35,667 bases of DNA from Catajapyx aquilonaris (taxonomy: Eukaryota). This document shows, piece by piece, positions 34,641 to 35,667 of this stretch; position 1 is the stretch's first letter; every line of letters starts with the position of its first letter. The stretch is from assembly GCA_000934665.2 (NCBI GenBank), contig JYFJ02004000.1:1-35667 (forward strand), read 5' to 3'. A program made the position numbers and the translations under genes. The notes under the pieces are model-generated. The model did no database searches. It was not told where the DNA came from and was given only the letters and a program-made list of their open reading frames with translations.

Positions 34641-35667
34641 GTATATTGTCGTACTCAAACGTTTCCATTGAACGTGTGATTGAGAAAGAACTATAAGCAA
34701 AATATGTCAATGGAAAAGGTGGATTGTGAAAATAATGAAAGGTGCATCGTTTAGCAGAAGAACATGAATTAGCATGTACTTGCCCACATGATTGTACAGT
34801 AGCTACATCCCCACGCCATAGTCAAAGCGCACCGCTGAATCATGTGGACGATACAGAAGCTTGAAAGGAGCTGTTTTTGAATGCAAAACACGACTTCTCG
34901 TGTAACTTGGAGCAAATACAAAGTGTGCTTCGTCACTAAGAAGGTCAGTTGCCCTTATCCGCTTCCTCAAGCCTCTATTGCCAGGTACCACTAAAAGAAA
35001 CTGCAGAAATGAGTACAATAGAGGATGATCATAACACTTTTTTAAAGAGGTCGCTCATTACAAATATCAGGGGTGACCCAATCTTTCGTCTTACTTTGGG
35101 TAGTATTCCTATAACTTATTAGCCACAAAAATGAAAACAGTTGCCTGCGCACGTTACTGACAAGGGGGGGACATGAAGTGGACTCTGTCAGATTTGCATG
35201 AAACGTGCACAGTAGGTGTATCACAGGCCTACAATTTCACTGGTATGGGCCATTTTCTGCTACGGCCAGCCGTTGTCGATCTATGAGGGACAATAGATCC
35301 GCATGGGTGCGTTCAGGAGAGTAAGGTGAGGAGATGGGAAGCGTTAGGAAAGCTGGCTGTTCAGTTTCCAGGGGCACGCAGCTAGTAAACAACAAGGTAA
35401 CCAACAGCGCAATTCTCTAAGGAGGGGTTCGAATCACGTTAGAATCATCTTCAGTTGTTGTTCCCTTGGCAAGCTGCTTTGAAAGTGAGGCCTGCTTTAA
35501 CCCTTAACTATAGGCTACTTAGGTGGCCGAAACACCTTTAACTACTTCGGTGGGGCCTGAGCGGTCCCAGCGGTATATTTGACTCTCTGCTTATCAGCGA
35601 AATTGTTATAGTGGACTTTTCAAATACAGAAAGTTCAGATCAGATCATTAAGCTTCCGAAAACATAA

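Noticed and set aside
35497..35580. TTAACCCTTAACT possible piggyBac-like left end
   Set aside because: No right end inside the window.
1..35667. CRISPR array, operon or other prokaryotic system
   Set aside because: Spliceosomal gene structures and eukaryotic TEs throughout, with no regularly spaced direct repeats.

Overview
Eukaryotic, intron-rich, AT-rich genomic DNA, most likely from an arthropod (insect or other pancrustacean). The window holds one multi-exon Methuselah-like (secretin/class B-type) 7TM GPCR gene (~1.7-5.1 kb, +). It is followed by a tandem, same-strand array of at least four Takeout/juvenile-hormone-binding-protein (JHBP) family genes: A 8116-10431, B 14590-19895, C 22934-28754 and D 31321->34222, whose last exon is not in the window. 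A, B and C share a 6-exon architecture, and all four have identical internal exon lengths (96/145/134/150 nt). Introns and spacers contain many short mobile elements: Tc1/mariner-, piggyBac- and PIF/Harbinger-type MITEs, tRNA-derived SINEs with target-site duplications (TSDs), a truncated retroposon, LINE relics and perfect hairpins. I see no evidence for a wholly new biological system. The most unusual items are a TSD-bounded composite SINE/inverted-SINE/Helentron-like insertion, a MITE family with arm-symmetric variants and a shared 12-bp target, an unresolved out-of-frame signal-peptide segment in the GPCR, and a conserved extra Cys in the Takeout paralogues. All gene models were built by eye from GT-AG sites and reading-frame continuity, and no database search was run.
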